DNA of 64,000 bases from the NCBI GenBank assembly GCA_965242865.1, contig CBDETK010000013.1, positions 3,296,001-3,360,000 of the forward strand. Direction: 5' to 3'. Of this stretch, positions 1-9,949 are shown piece after piece. The notes beneath the pieces are model-generated. The model was not told where the DNA came from and searched no databases. It worked only from the letters and a program-made list of their open reading frames with translations. Within the stretch, counting starts at the first letter, position 1, and each line of letters opens with the position of its first letter. The translations under genes and the position numbers were made by a program. The DNA is from Candidatus Latescibacterota bacterium (GTDB taxonomy: Bacteria > Latescibacterota > UBA2968 > UBA8231).

Positions 1-988
1 CAATGCCCGGGTCGGGCGTGGCCAACGCGACGTGGGCGCGATCCGGCGCGAGCAGCTGCACCTGACCGGGAATGAGGACTGGCCCGTGCCGCAGCTTGAC
101 GTGGAGCGCGCCCTGCGCTGGAGCACCCGCGATCCAATGGATTTGTTCGGCGATCAGTTCGCGGCGTCCGGCGCGCGTCGGCGCGCTGCCGTGGGCGATG
201 TACACGATGTTGTTGGCGACATCCTTGTCGATCACATACCAAGGGCCGCCGCCGAGGCGCAAGCCGTGCCGCTGGCCAATGGTGTAGAACCAATAGCCCG
301 GGTGCTCGCCCTTCTTTTGCCCGCTTGCCTGCTCGACGATGTCGCCTTGGGCCTCTCCCAAGTGGAAGCGGACAAAATCTCGGTAGTTGATCTTGCCCAA
401 GAAGCAGATGCCTTGGCTGTCGGGGCGGTCCTTGGCCGGCAGGTCAAATTCTGCGGCGAGGGCGCGCACTTGGTGCTTGTGCAGGTGCCCGATGGGCAAG
501 CAGAGCCGAGCGAGTTGCGCCGCGCTCAGGTTGGAGAGGAAATAGGTCTGGTCCTTGACCGGATCGGCCGCGCACCGCAGCCGATACCCGCCAGTCGCCG
601 CCTCGACGCGGGCGTAGTGCCCGGAGGCAATTTGCTCGCACTCGCCAGCCACCCGCTGATAAAAGGCACCGAACTTGACGCGCTGGTTGCACCAGATGTC
701 CGGGCTAGGGGTGCGCCCCAAGCGCAGCTCGGCCAGCGCATACTCGACGATGTGCGTGCGGTACTCGCTTTGCAGCGGCACGACTTCGAGCGGGACCCCG
801 AGCTGGTCGCAGGTGGCGCGGGCGTAGGACAAATCCGTTTCCCACGGGCAGTCGCCGAGCGAAAATAGCTCGTCCTCCAGCCAAATTTTGAGGTAGTAGG
901 CTTTGGGGACGAGCCGCTTTTCGCGCTGGACCAACGCCAAGGCCAACGAGCTATCGACCCCACCGGAAAGCAGGACGGCGACGTTCAT
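1..988 (-). CDS. mnmA: tRNA 2-thiouridine(34) synthase, runs off window start
   Basis: Manual translation from ATG at 988: MNVAVLLSGGVDSS (PP-loop), TPSPDIWCNQRVKF, ASGHYAR, DPVKDQTYFL, DSQGICFLG, YTIGQR. Absent from the ORF track because no stop lies in the window. Confidence 0.95.
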   Translation of the reverse strand, partial: MNVAVLLSGGVDSSLALALVQREKRLVPKAYYLKIWLEDELFSLGDCPWETDLSYARATCDQLGVPLEVVPLQSEYRTHIVEYALAELRLGRTPSPDIWCNQRVKFGAFYQRVAGECEQIASGHYARVEAATGGYRLRCAADPVKDQTYFLSNLSAAQLARLCLPIGHLHKHQVRALAAEFDLPAKDRPDSQGICFLGKINYRDFVRFHLGEAQGDIVEQASGQKKGEHPGYWFYTIGQRHGLRLGGGPWYVIDKDVANNIVYIAHGSAPTRAGRRELIAEQIHWIAGAPAQGALHVKLRHGPVLIPGQVQLLAPDRAHVALATPDPGI

Positions 989-998
989 GGGAGGCGGG

Positions 999-2321
<1,323 letters not shown>

Positions 2322-2446
2322 TGATTTCTCCTTCATGGGGGATGATTTGGCTGTTAGGCAATTAAGATACGCGCTAGCGGCTGGGCAAGCGTCTCTCGCC
2401 CGGTTGACGGCCTAGAGGCTGCATCCTACCTTGCCCCCGTCCTCTC

Positions 2447-3013
2447 ATGCAATCCCTCGTTTCCCCCTCCGTCCTGTACCGAGCCAGCTTCCTCGAGGGC
2501 GCGGCCGAGTTCTCAACCGAAGGCCGTTTCGACTCCACGTACGCCCTCGCCCTCGGCTATGACCGCGCCTCCCTCGCCAGCCAGTTCCCGCAATTCGTGC
2601 GCGACCTCCGCGCCCTCGCCGACTCAACGGGGTTGCGGGCGCGGTATCCAGACCGAGTGCTCTGGCTCGTTCACGACGGCGAGTACATCGGCCAAACCTC
2701 CATAAGGCCCCAACTCGACACCCCGTATTTGCTCACCTACGGCGGGCACATTGGCTACAGCATCCGACCCGCTCGGCGGGGTCGCGGCTACGGCAAGGCC
2801 ATCCTCGCCCTGACGCTGGGGGTGTCGCGGGAGATTGGGTTGCGCCGCGTGTTGGTCACTTGCGACTCGGACAACATTGGCTCGCGCAAGATCATTGAGC
2901 ACAACGGTGGCCAATTTGAAAGCGCCATGGTCATGCCTAGTCAGACATTGCGCGCCGAGGGACGCCAATCCGTGCGGCGCATCGAGAAGTTGCGCTACTG
3001 GATAGACCTGTGA
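2447..3013 (+). CDS. GNAT family N-acetyltransferase
   Basis: GGHIGYSIRPARRGRGYG acetyl-CoA motif; VTCDSDNIGSRKIIE. Confidence 0.85.
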   Translation: MQSLVSPSVLYRASFLEGAAEFSTEGRFDSTYALALGYDRASLASQFPQFVRDLRALADSTGLRARYPDRVLWLVHDGEYIGQTSIRPQLDTPYLLTYGGHIGYSIRPARRGRGYGKAILALTLGVSREIGLRRVLVTCDSDNIGSRKIIEHNGGQFESAMVMPSQTLRAEGRQSVRRIEKLRYWIDL

Positions 3014-3059
3014 GGGGCCGCCATTGGCAGGGCGGCTGACAAGTACTATATTCGCCGCC

Positions 3060-4046
3060 ATGCCGAACTCAACCCAAGCCGCACTGCCCGACAAAGACTC
3101 CGGTCTGGCACTCTATCGTCAGATGCTGGTCATCCGCCGCTGCGAAGAACAGCTCGCCCGGTCCTACCAAGCCGGCTTGATCCCCGGGGCGTGCCACACG
3201 TACGTCGGCGAGGAAGCCATCGCCACGGGCGTTTGCGCCCACCTCAACGACCGCGACGCGGTTTTTAGCACCCATCGCGGCCACGGCCACGCCCTCGCCA
3301 AAGGCGTACCGCCCAAGGACCTGATCGCCGAACTTTTTGGCAAAGCCACGGGTTGCTCGCAGGGGCGCGGTGGCTCCATGCATCTCTTCGCGCCGCAAGT
3401 GGGGATGATGGGCACCAGCGGCATCGTCGGTCCCTGCATTCTCCAAGCGGCCGGTGCCGGCTATTCCTTTAAGCTCTTGGGCGTCCCCCAAGTCGGCGTG
3501 GCCTTCTTTGGCGACGGAGCGGTGGCCAATGGTGCCTTTCACGAGGGCATCAATCTGGCGACCAACTGGCAGTTGCCCGTGCTCTTCGTGTGCGAAAACA
3601 ACCTCTACGCTACGGAAGTGGCCTTTGTCGATACCACCCGCAATCCACAGGTAGCCAACCGCGCCGTCGCGTACGGACTGCCCGGCATCGCCATCGACGG
3701 CAACGACCTCGCGGCAGTGCATGCGGTCGCCGGCGAAGCAATAACCCGCGCGCGCCAAGGCCGCGGCCCAACCCTCCTCGAGTGCAAGACCTACCGCACC
3801 CGGCCCCATGCCGAGGGCATGCGCGACGGCGGCTATCGCTCCAGCGAGGAAATCGACGCGTGGAAACAGCGCGACCCCATCCCGGCTTTTGCCCAAAAGT
3901 TGCTCGACGCCGGCCACACCAGCCGCGGAGAGCTCGACGCGATTGCCGCGGACATCGCCGCGCTGATCGCCGAGGCCCTGCAATTTGCCCACGACAGCCC
4001 GTGGCCCGACCCGGCCACCGTGGCGGACCACGTCTTTAGCGCGTAA
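3060..4046 (+). CDS. TPP-dependent 2-oxoacid/acetoin dehydrogenase E1 alpha
   Basis: STHRGHGH, GRGGSMH, TPP motif GDGA...ENN, YRTRPH. Confidence 0.92.
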   Translation: MPNSTQAALPDKDSGLALYRQMLVIRRCEEQLARSYQAGLIPGACHTYVGEEAIATGVCAHLNDRDAVFSTHRGHGHALAKGVPPKDLIAELFGKATGCSQGRGGSMHLFAPQVGMMGTSGIVGPCILQAAGAGYSFKLLGVPQVGVAFFGDGAVANGAFHEGINLATNWQLPVLFVCENNLYATEVAFVDTTRNPQVANRAVAYGLPGIAIDGNDLAAVHAVAGEAITRARQGRGPTLLECKTYRTRPHAEGMRDGGYRSSEEIDAWKQRDPIPAFAQKLLDAGHTSRGELDAIAADIAALIAEALQFAHDSPWPDPATVADHVFSA

Positions 4047-5023
4047 TGCCCGAGCTCACGTACGTAGAAGCGGCCCACCAAGCCCTAGCCGAGGAGATGG
4101 CGTGCGATGAGACCATTTTCGTCGTCGGCGAGGGCATTGGTCCGCGCGGCGGCAACTTCAACACCACCACCGGCCTCTTTGATTTGTACGGCCCGGAGCG
4201 CTTGCGCGACACCCCGATATGCGAGCGCGGCTTCGTCGGCTTGTGCGCCGGCGCGGCCATGACCGGGACGCGGCCCGTGGTGGATTTCATGTTCTTGGAC
4301 TTCATCCTCGATGCGTTCGGCGAATTGGTCAACCAAATCGCCAAGATGCAGTACATGAGCAGCGGCCGCTTAAAAATGCCCATCGTCCTGCGCGGCTGCA
4401 TTGGCGTCGGCGGCGCGGCCGCCACCCATCATTCGGGCAACTACTACCCGATCTTTACGCATCTGCCCGGCTTCAAGGTCGCCGTGCCATCCAACCCATA
4501 CGACGCCAAGGGCCTGCTCAAGACGGCCCTGCGCGGCGACGACCCAGTGCTCTTCCTCGAACACAAGTCCTTGCTCAACACCCGCGGCGAAGTTCCAGCC
4601 GAGGAGTACTGCATCCCCTTTGGCCAAGCGGCCGTGCGCCGCCACGGCGAACACCTGACCGTCGCGGCTCTGACGACCATGGTCCCCGCGGCACTCCAAG
4701 TCGCCGAGGCCCTAGCCGGCGAGGGCCTCTCGGTCGAAGTGATCGACCTCCGCACTACGTCCCCCCTCGACCTAGATGCCGTGCTCAAATCCGTCCACCG
4801 GACGGGCCGCCTGCTGATCGCCGATGAGACCTTTGCCCCCTGCGGCATCGGCGCAGAAATAGCCGCCGTAGTGATGGACCGGGCCTTCGACGACCTTGAC
4901 GCGCCCGTGCGCCGTCTCAACGGCGCGCACGTGCCCACGCCGTACAGCGCACCGTTAGAGGCCGCGGTCGCGCCCAACGGGAAGGACCTAGAACGGGCCA
5001 TCCGCGACCTGATGGCTGAGTAG
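4046..5023 (+). CDS. 2-oxoacid dehydrogenase E1 beta
   Basis: DTPICE, AATHHS, DPVLFLEHK, EVIDLRT, LDAPVRR; start overlaps the E1 alpha stop. Confidence 0.92.
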   Translation: MPELTYVEAAHQALAEEMACDETIFVVGEGIGPRGGNFNTTTGLFDLYGPERLRDTPICERGFVGLCAGAAMTGTRPVVDFMFLDFILDAFGELVNQIAKMQYMSSGRLKMPIVLRGCIGVGGAAATHHSGNYYPIFTHLPGFKVAVPSNPYDAKGLLKTALRGDDPVLFLEHKSLLNTRGEVPAEEYCIPFGQAAVRRHGEHLTVAALTTMVPAALQVAEALAGEGLSVEVIDLRTTSPLDLDAVLKSVHRTGRLLIADETFAPCGIGAEIAAVVMDRAFDDLDAPVRRLNGAHVPTPYSAPLEAAVAPNGKDLERAIRDLMAE

Positions 5024-5033
5024 GAGCGAGCGC

Positions 5034-6104
5034 ATGGCCGAGGCAATCGCAATGCCCCGCCTAGGGTGGACCATGGAGGAGGGGATCCTCGTCGAGTGGC
5101 TCAAAGCCGATGGCGACGCGGTCGAGGCCGGCGAGATCCTCTTTACGGTGCAAAGCGACAAGGCCCTCAACGAGATCGAGACCTTCGCCAGCGGCATCCT
5201 GCGCATCCCCCCAGACGCGCCCCAACCCGGTGCTACCGTGCCGGTAGGCACCGTGTTGGGCTACCTGTTGCAGCCCGGCGAGGCAATGCCGACCGCGCCG
5301 CTCTCGGCGCCCGCCGCCGCGCCGGTTCCAATGCCTGCGGAACCCGCGCCCGCCGCAAAGTCGGAACCGGCCCCAGCCCGCTCGGCCGGGCCGACGATCA
5401 GCCCCCGCGCCCGGCGCGTGGCCTCGGCACTCGGGGTGGAATGGCGCACCCTCACCGGCAGCGGGCGCACGGGCCGGATCGTCGAGCGCGATGTGCGTGC
5501 AGCGGCCGCCCGGCCTCGGAACCTAGCCCATGCGACCCTGACGACCCAAGTAGATGCCACCGCTCTAGTCGCGCTACATGCTCGGCTCAAGGCCGCCCGG
5601 GGCCTCGCTGCGCCCACGTACACCCACCTGTTCGCCAAAATGGCGGCCTGCGCTCTGATTCGCCATCCCCTCGGGCCGGGCGGGGCGGTGCATCTCGGCC
5701 TAGTCGTGGATACCCCCGCTGGCTTGGTCGTCCCGGTCCTCCGCGACGCGGATGCCAAAAATCTGGCGCAGCTCGCGGCCGAAGCCCGCGACCTAACCTT
5801 CCAAGCCCGCCGCGGCACCTTGCCGCCGACCGCGACCCAAGGAGCGACCTTTGTCATCGCCAACTTGGGGTTGTATGGAATCGACGCCTTTGTGCCGACG
5901 ACCTATCAGGCGCACGGGGCGTTTTTGGGAGTGGGTCGAATTGCGGCCAAGCCGGCTGTCTATCAGGGGCAGGTCGTGCCGCGAGCGCATATCGCCCTGA
6001 ACCTGACTTTTGACGACCAAGCCATAGACAGCGGTCTCGCAGCCCGCTTTTTGGGGCAGGTGCGGGCCTTTGTCGAGCAGCCGGAACTGTGGTTGGGGGA
6101 ATAA
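5034..6104 (+). CDS. dihydrolipoamide acyltransferase E2-like protein (lipoyl + E3-binding + degenerate core)
   Basis: Lipoyl motif VQSDKA, Ala/Pro linker, ISPRARR...GSGRTGRI. Core reads FDDQAIDSG instead of DHRxxDG. Confidence 0.85.
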   Translation: MAEAIAMPRLGWTMEEGILVEWLKADGDAVEAGEILFTVQSDKALNEIETFASGILRIPPDAPQPGATVPVGTVLGYLLQPGEAMPTAPLSAPAAAPVPMPAEPAPAAKSEPAPARSAGPTISPRARRVASALGVEWRTLTGSGRTGRIVERDVRAAAARPRNLAHATLTTQVDATALVALHARLKAARGLAAPTYTHLFAKMAACALIRHPLGPGGAVHLGLVVDTPAGLVVPVLRDADAKNLAQLAAEARDLTFQARRGTLPPTATQGATFVIANLGLYGIDAFVPTTYQAHGAFLGVGRIAAKPAVYQGQVVPRAHIALNLTFDDQAIDSGLAARFLGQVRAFVEQPELWLGE

Positions 6105-6129
6105 GGATCTCTTTGGAGCAATAGCAATA

Positions 6130-7632
6130 ATGTCAGATGATTTACGTAAATCGTTGAAAAACAATGAGTTACCCCCCCCCCCCGAAAAATTCGGTCCTGA
6201 GTTTCGGAGTCGCCTGCCCCAACTGCTGCTTGTGTCGGCCCTTGCGCTGGCGGCCTTCGCCTACGGCGGGCTCGTCGTCCACTACGAGCTATTCCCCTAC
6301 CCGGTCATCTCCGATGGCATAAAGACCTTGCAGACTCTGCACCATCTACATACAAGAAGAGAGCTCGCTAGACCCGCTTACTTCGCCGATGTGCCGCCGG
6401 AACGCGCAGTAGCCAACCGCTTCCAGTTCGTGGCCGGCGATGCCCTCAGCGGTCCGGTGCTGTGGCAAGGCGGACGCTACCAGTTCCTCGAGTATTGCCC
6501 CGACTGGGGATGCCTAGCGGTAGAGTACACCGCCACCGGCGAAGTCGCCCATGCCTACCCGTTCCGCAACGAGGAACTCGAACAGGCGGCAGTCGCTGCC
6601 CAGTCTGACGAATTCCCTCACGAACTATCCCCCGCCGCCTCTTTCACTAAGCATGTTGTAGTGATCGGCATATCGCGCTACGCCAATGGCGACCTGCTGG
6701 CGGTCTTTCACCAACTCCCAGGAGCGGCTTTCCCGTATGGTGCGGGCGTTGCGCGGATCGACCGCGACGGGCATCCGGTGTGGTTCCGGCGCGATTACAG
6801 CCATCACTGGCCGCATATCGAGGCCGACGGCGTCGCGCTGGTGCCCGGCGCGTTGATTGGCAGCGAGTCTATATCCTTTAAGCTAGGCCAAACATTACGA
6901 AAGTCCCTCACGCTCAAGTGCGGCACGAACCGGCCGTATCTCGACGCGATAGGCATGATCGATGGGAATGGACGGCTCTCAAAGCGCATCAACCTGCTCG
7001 ACGCTTTGCGCGATTCTCCCTTCGCGTACCTCATGTCATCCACCTCGGAGCCCCAACAGGCTAAAACTCCGTGCGACCCCCTTCACCTCAACTCCGTTCA
7101 CCGGCTTGGGGACGACGCTGGTGGTACGTGGGGCCTCGCGCCGGGTGACCTCGTGGCGTCCCTACGCAATCTAAGCGCATTTGCCATCCTCGATGGCGAG
7201 TCCGGGCGCGTCAAGCGGCTGGTCCGCGGGAGCTTCTTCTATCAACACAGCGTCCACCACCTCACGGGCGCGACCTTTCTGATGTTCGACAATTGCGGCC
7301 ACAATGGGACTCACGGCCCCTCGCGGCTGCTCATGATCGACCTTGCCGACGGCCGGGAGACGACTATCTTTCCCAACGCCCAGACGCCCGAACCCCTGCA
7401 AAACCTGTTCTCCCACCGCCAAGGCGTGGTCGACATCTCCCCCGACCGTCGCCGGGCGATAGTCTCCTTCTCCGCTGAGGGCGTGGCTGTCGAGGTGCGC
7501 CTCGCCGATGGCGCGGTGCTGAACGCCTTCCATTCCCTGCACGATGTGTCGAACTTGGAGCAGTTCCCCCAAGAGCGGCAGCAACGAGCCGCCAGATTCA
7601 GAATGAGAGGACTTTACTACATCCGCAATTGA
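6130..7632 (+). CDS. arylsulfotransferase (ASST)-like membrane-anchored protein, copy 1
   Basis: N-terminal TM helix; SHHW, DPLHLNS, SLRNLS, YQH, MFDN motifs typical of Arylsulfotran_2. Confidence 0.75.
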   Translation: MSDDLRKSLKNNELPPPPEKFGPEFRSRLPQLLLVSALALAAFAYGGLVVHYELFPYPVISDGIKTLQTLHHLHTRRELARPAYFADVPPERAVANRFQFVAGDALSGPVLWQGGRYQFLEYCPDWGCLAVEYTATGEVAHAYPFRNEELEQAAVAAQSDEFPHELSPAASFTKHVVVIGISRYANGDLLAVFHQLPGAAFPYGAGVARIDRDGHPVWFRRDYSHHWPHIEADGVALVPGALIGSESISFKLGQTLRKSLTLKCGTNRPYLDAIGMIDGNGRLSKRINLLDALRDSPFAYLMSSTSEPQQAKTPCDPLHLNSVHRLGDDAGGTWGLAPGDLVASLRNLSAFAILDGESGRVKRLVRGSFFYQHSVHHLTGATFLMFDNCGHNGTHGPSRLLMIDLADGRETTIFPNAQTPEPLQNLFSHRQGVVDISPDRRRAIVSFSAEGVAVEVRLADGAVLNAFHSLHDVSNLEQFPQERQQRAARFRMRGLYYIRN

Positions 7633-7646
7633 GGACAATAATGTTA

Positions 7647-8414
7647 ACGTGAGTTCGGGTTAAGGTGAGGGTCTCCTTTTTGGCTAAACTTTAGGTATAA
7701 CCCCTATACCCCTTAGCCATCCGGGAGCCCTCCCGATGAATTGAGTTGAACTGTTTTGCCCTGTCGATGATTTTTGCCCAGGCTTTGAGCCCTCGTGGAT
7801 ACGCACCCCATTCACGGCGGGGCGTCGTCAGCGTCGGCGTGCCGGTCCCCTCTGTTTGAGCGAGATTATGACCTTGTTGATTTGGTTTCACCCGTCCCAG
7901 TATCGCACGTTCAAGGCGTTCTACCAGCAGCAGGTCTGTCGGCCTCTACGCGGGGCGTTTCCGGGGTTAGTCCGCTACGGGCGTTTTGTCGAGCTAATGC
8001 CTTCAGATCTTATTCCGTTAGGCGTCTATCTGCGTCCATGCCAAGGCTCCTGCACCGGGATTTCGTTTATCGACTCCACCCCGTTAGCGGTCTGTGCGGC
8101 AGCGCGCAAGCCCCAGCACCGCCTGTTTGCCGGCCTTGCCCAATGGGGCAAACGCTCGACCGGGTGGTTTTTCGGCTTCAAGCTCCATCTAGTCTGCAAT
8201 GATCGGGGGCAAGTGCTCCGCTGGGGGCTGACCCCCGGCAACGTCGATGACCGCCAACCCGTCGCCGGCCTGGTGCGCGACCTGTTTGGCACGTTGGTCG
8301 CCGACCGAGGGTATCTTTCCAGCACGCTAGGCCACCAACTGAACGCACAGAGTGCCCTCCGCTTGAAAACCAACAGGCCCAGCCAATCAGAGGCCGGTTA
8401 ACCCGAACTCACGT
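7647..8414 (+). mobile_element. IS982-family element, degenerate and internally deleted
   Basis: Perfect 17-bp TIRs ACGTGAGTTCGGGTTAA (7647-7663 / 8398-8414); 8-bp TSD TAATGTTA (7639-7646, 8415-8422). Confidence 0.9.
7856..8401 (+). pseudogene. IS982 transposase fragment
   Basis: SEIMT..FH, FIDSTPL, GWFFGFKLHL, GNVDDR, ADRGY; N-terminus disrupted and C-terminal part absent. Confidence 0.85.
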
Positions 8415-8416
8415 TA

Positions 8417-9862
8417 ATGTTAGATAATTTACGTAACTCTCGGAACTGCCTGCCCCAACTGCTGTTTGTGTCGGCCCTTGTGCTGGCGGTCTTCATCTAC
8501 GGCGGCCTTGCCGGACGCTCCAAGCTATTTCCCTTCCCGGTCATCTTCGATGGCATAAAGACCTTGCGGACGCTGCACAAGGTATATTATGAGACGGATG
8601 ACGGCAGCTTCTCACACTTCGCCGATGTGCCGCCGGAACGTGCGGTAGCCAACCGCTTCCAGTTCATGGAAGGCGATTCCCTCAGCGGTCCGGTGCTGTG
8701 GCAGGGCGGACGCCACCAGTTCCTCGAGTATTGCCCCGACGGAGGGTGCTTAGCGGTCGAGTACACCGCCACCGGCGAAGTCGCCCATGCCTACCCGCTT
8801 CGCCTCAATGAACTCGAACAGGCGGCAGACGCTGCCCACTCCGACGAATTCCCCTACGAGGTATCCCCCGCCGCCTCTTTCGCTAGGGATATTAATGTGG
8901 TAGGCATATCGCGATACGCCAATGGCGACCTGCTGGTGGTCTTTCACCATGACGCTGCTTTTCCGTATGGTGCTGGCGTTGCGCGGATCGACCGCGACGG
9001 GCATCCGGTGTGGTTCCGGCGCGATTACAGCCATCACTGGCCGCATATCGAGGCCGACGGCGTCGCGCTGGTGCCCGGCGCGTTGGTTGGCCGCGAGTCC
9101 ATATCCTTTAAGCGAGGCCCAAGATTACAAAAGACCCTCGCGCTCAAGTGCGACACGAACCGACCGTATCTCGACGCGATAAACATGATCGACGGGAATG
9201 GACAGCTCCTAAAGCGCATCAACCTCCTCGACGCTTTGCACCATTCGCCATTTGCGTACCTCATGCAATCCACCTCGAATCCCGTTATACGTGACGTTCT
9301 GTGCGACCCCCTTCACCTCAACTTCATTCACCGACTTGGGGCCGACGCCGGCGGTACGTGGGGCATCGCACCGGGTAACCTCGTGGCGTCCCTGCGCAAT
9401 CTAAGCGCATTCGCTATCCTCGATGGCGAGTCCGGGCGCGTCAAGCGGCTGGTTCGGGGCAGCTTCTTCTATCAACACAGCGTCCACCACCTAACGGGCG
9501 CGACCTTTCTGATGTTCGACAATCACGGTCACGATGGGACTCACGGCCCCTCGCGGCTGCTCATGATCGACCTCGCCGATGGCCGGGAGACGACTCTCTT
9601 TCCCAACGACCAGACGCCCGAACCCCTGCGGAACCTGTTCTCCAAGGCCCAAGGCGCAATCGACATCTCCCCTGACCGCCGCCGAGGGATCGTCGCATTC
9701 TCCCGGGAGGGCGTGGCCGTAGAGGTGCGCCTCGCCGACGGCGCGGTGCTGAACGTCTTCCATTCCCTGCACGATGTGTCAAATTTGGAGCAGTTCCCCC
9801 AAGAGCGGCAGCAACGAGCCGCTAGATTCAGAATGAGAGGGCTTTACTACATCCGCAATTGA
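8417..9862 (+). CDS. arylsulfotransferase-like protein, copy 2
   Basis: Close paralogue of 6130..7632 with the identical C-terminus RMRGLYYIRN. Confidence 0.75.
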   Translation: MLDNLRNSRNCLPQLLFVSALVLAVFIYGGLAGRSKLFPFPVIFDGIKTLRTLHKVYYETDDGSFSHFADVPPERAVANRFQFMEGDSLSGPVLWQGGRHQFLEYCPDGGCLAVEYTATGEVAHAYPLRLNELEQAADAAHSDEFPYEVSPAASFARDINVVGISRYANGDLLVVFHHDAAFPYGAGVARIDRDGHPVWFRRDYSHHWPHIEADGVALVPGALVGRESISFKRGPRLQKTLALKCDTNRPYLDAINMIDGNGQLLKRINLLDALHHSPFAYLMQSTSNPVIRDVLCDPLHLNFIHRLGADAGGTWGIAPGNLVASLRNLSAFAILDGESGRVKRLVRGSFFYQHSVHHLTGATFLMFDNHGHDGTHGPSRLLMIDLADGRETTLFPNDQTPEPLRNLFSKAQGAIDISPDRRRGIVAFSREGVAVEVRLADGAVLNVFHSLHDVSNLEQFPQERQQRAARFRMRGLYYIRN

Positions 9863-9949
9863 GGAGGAGCGAGGCGATGAGCGAGGAAGGCAGCGTCATG
9901 GCATACGGAGCGGCCTTGGCGTCCATTAAAAGCTCCCCCGAAACACCCC

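Noticed and set aside
32-868. 278-aa plus-strand ORF, and similar long ORFs such as 1296..2270, 3069..4031, 40296..41342, 53159..54190 and 60870..62372
   Set aside because: Antisense or alternate-frame shadows of well-supported genes in high-GC DNA.
2322-2446. Possible SAH riboswitch upstream of ahcY
   Set aside because: No recognisable consensus seen by eye; the short divergent intergenic region would need an Infernal search.
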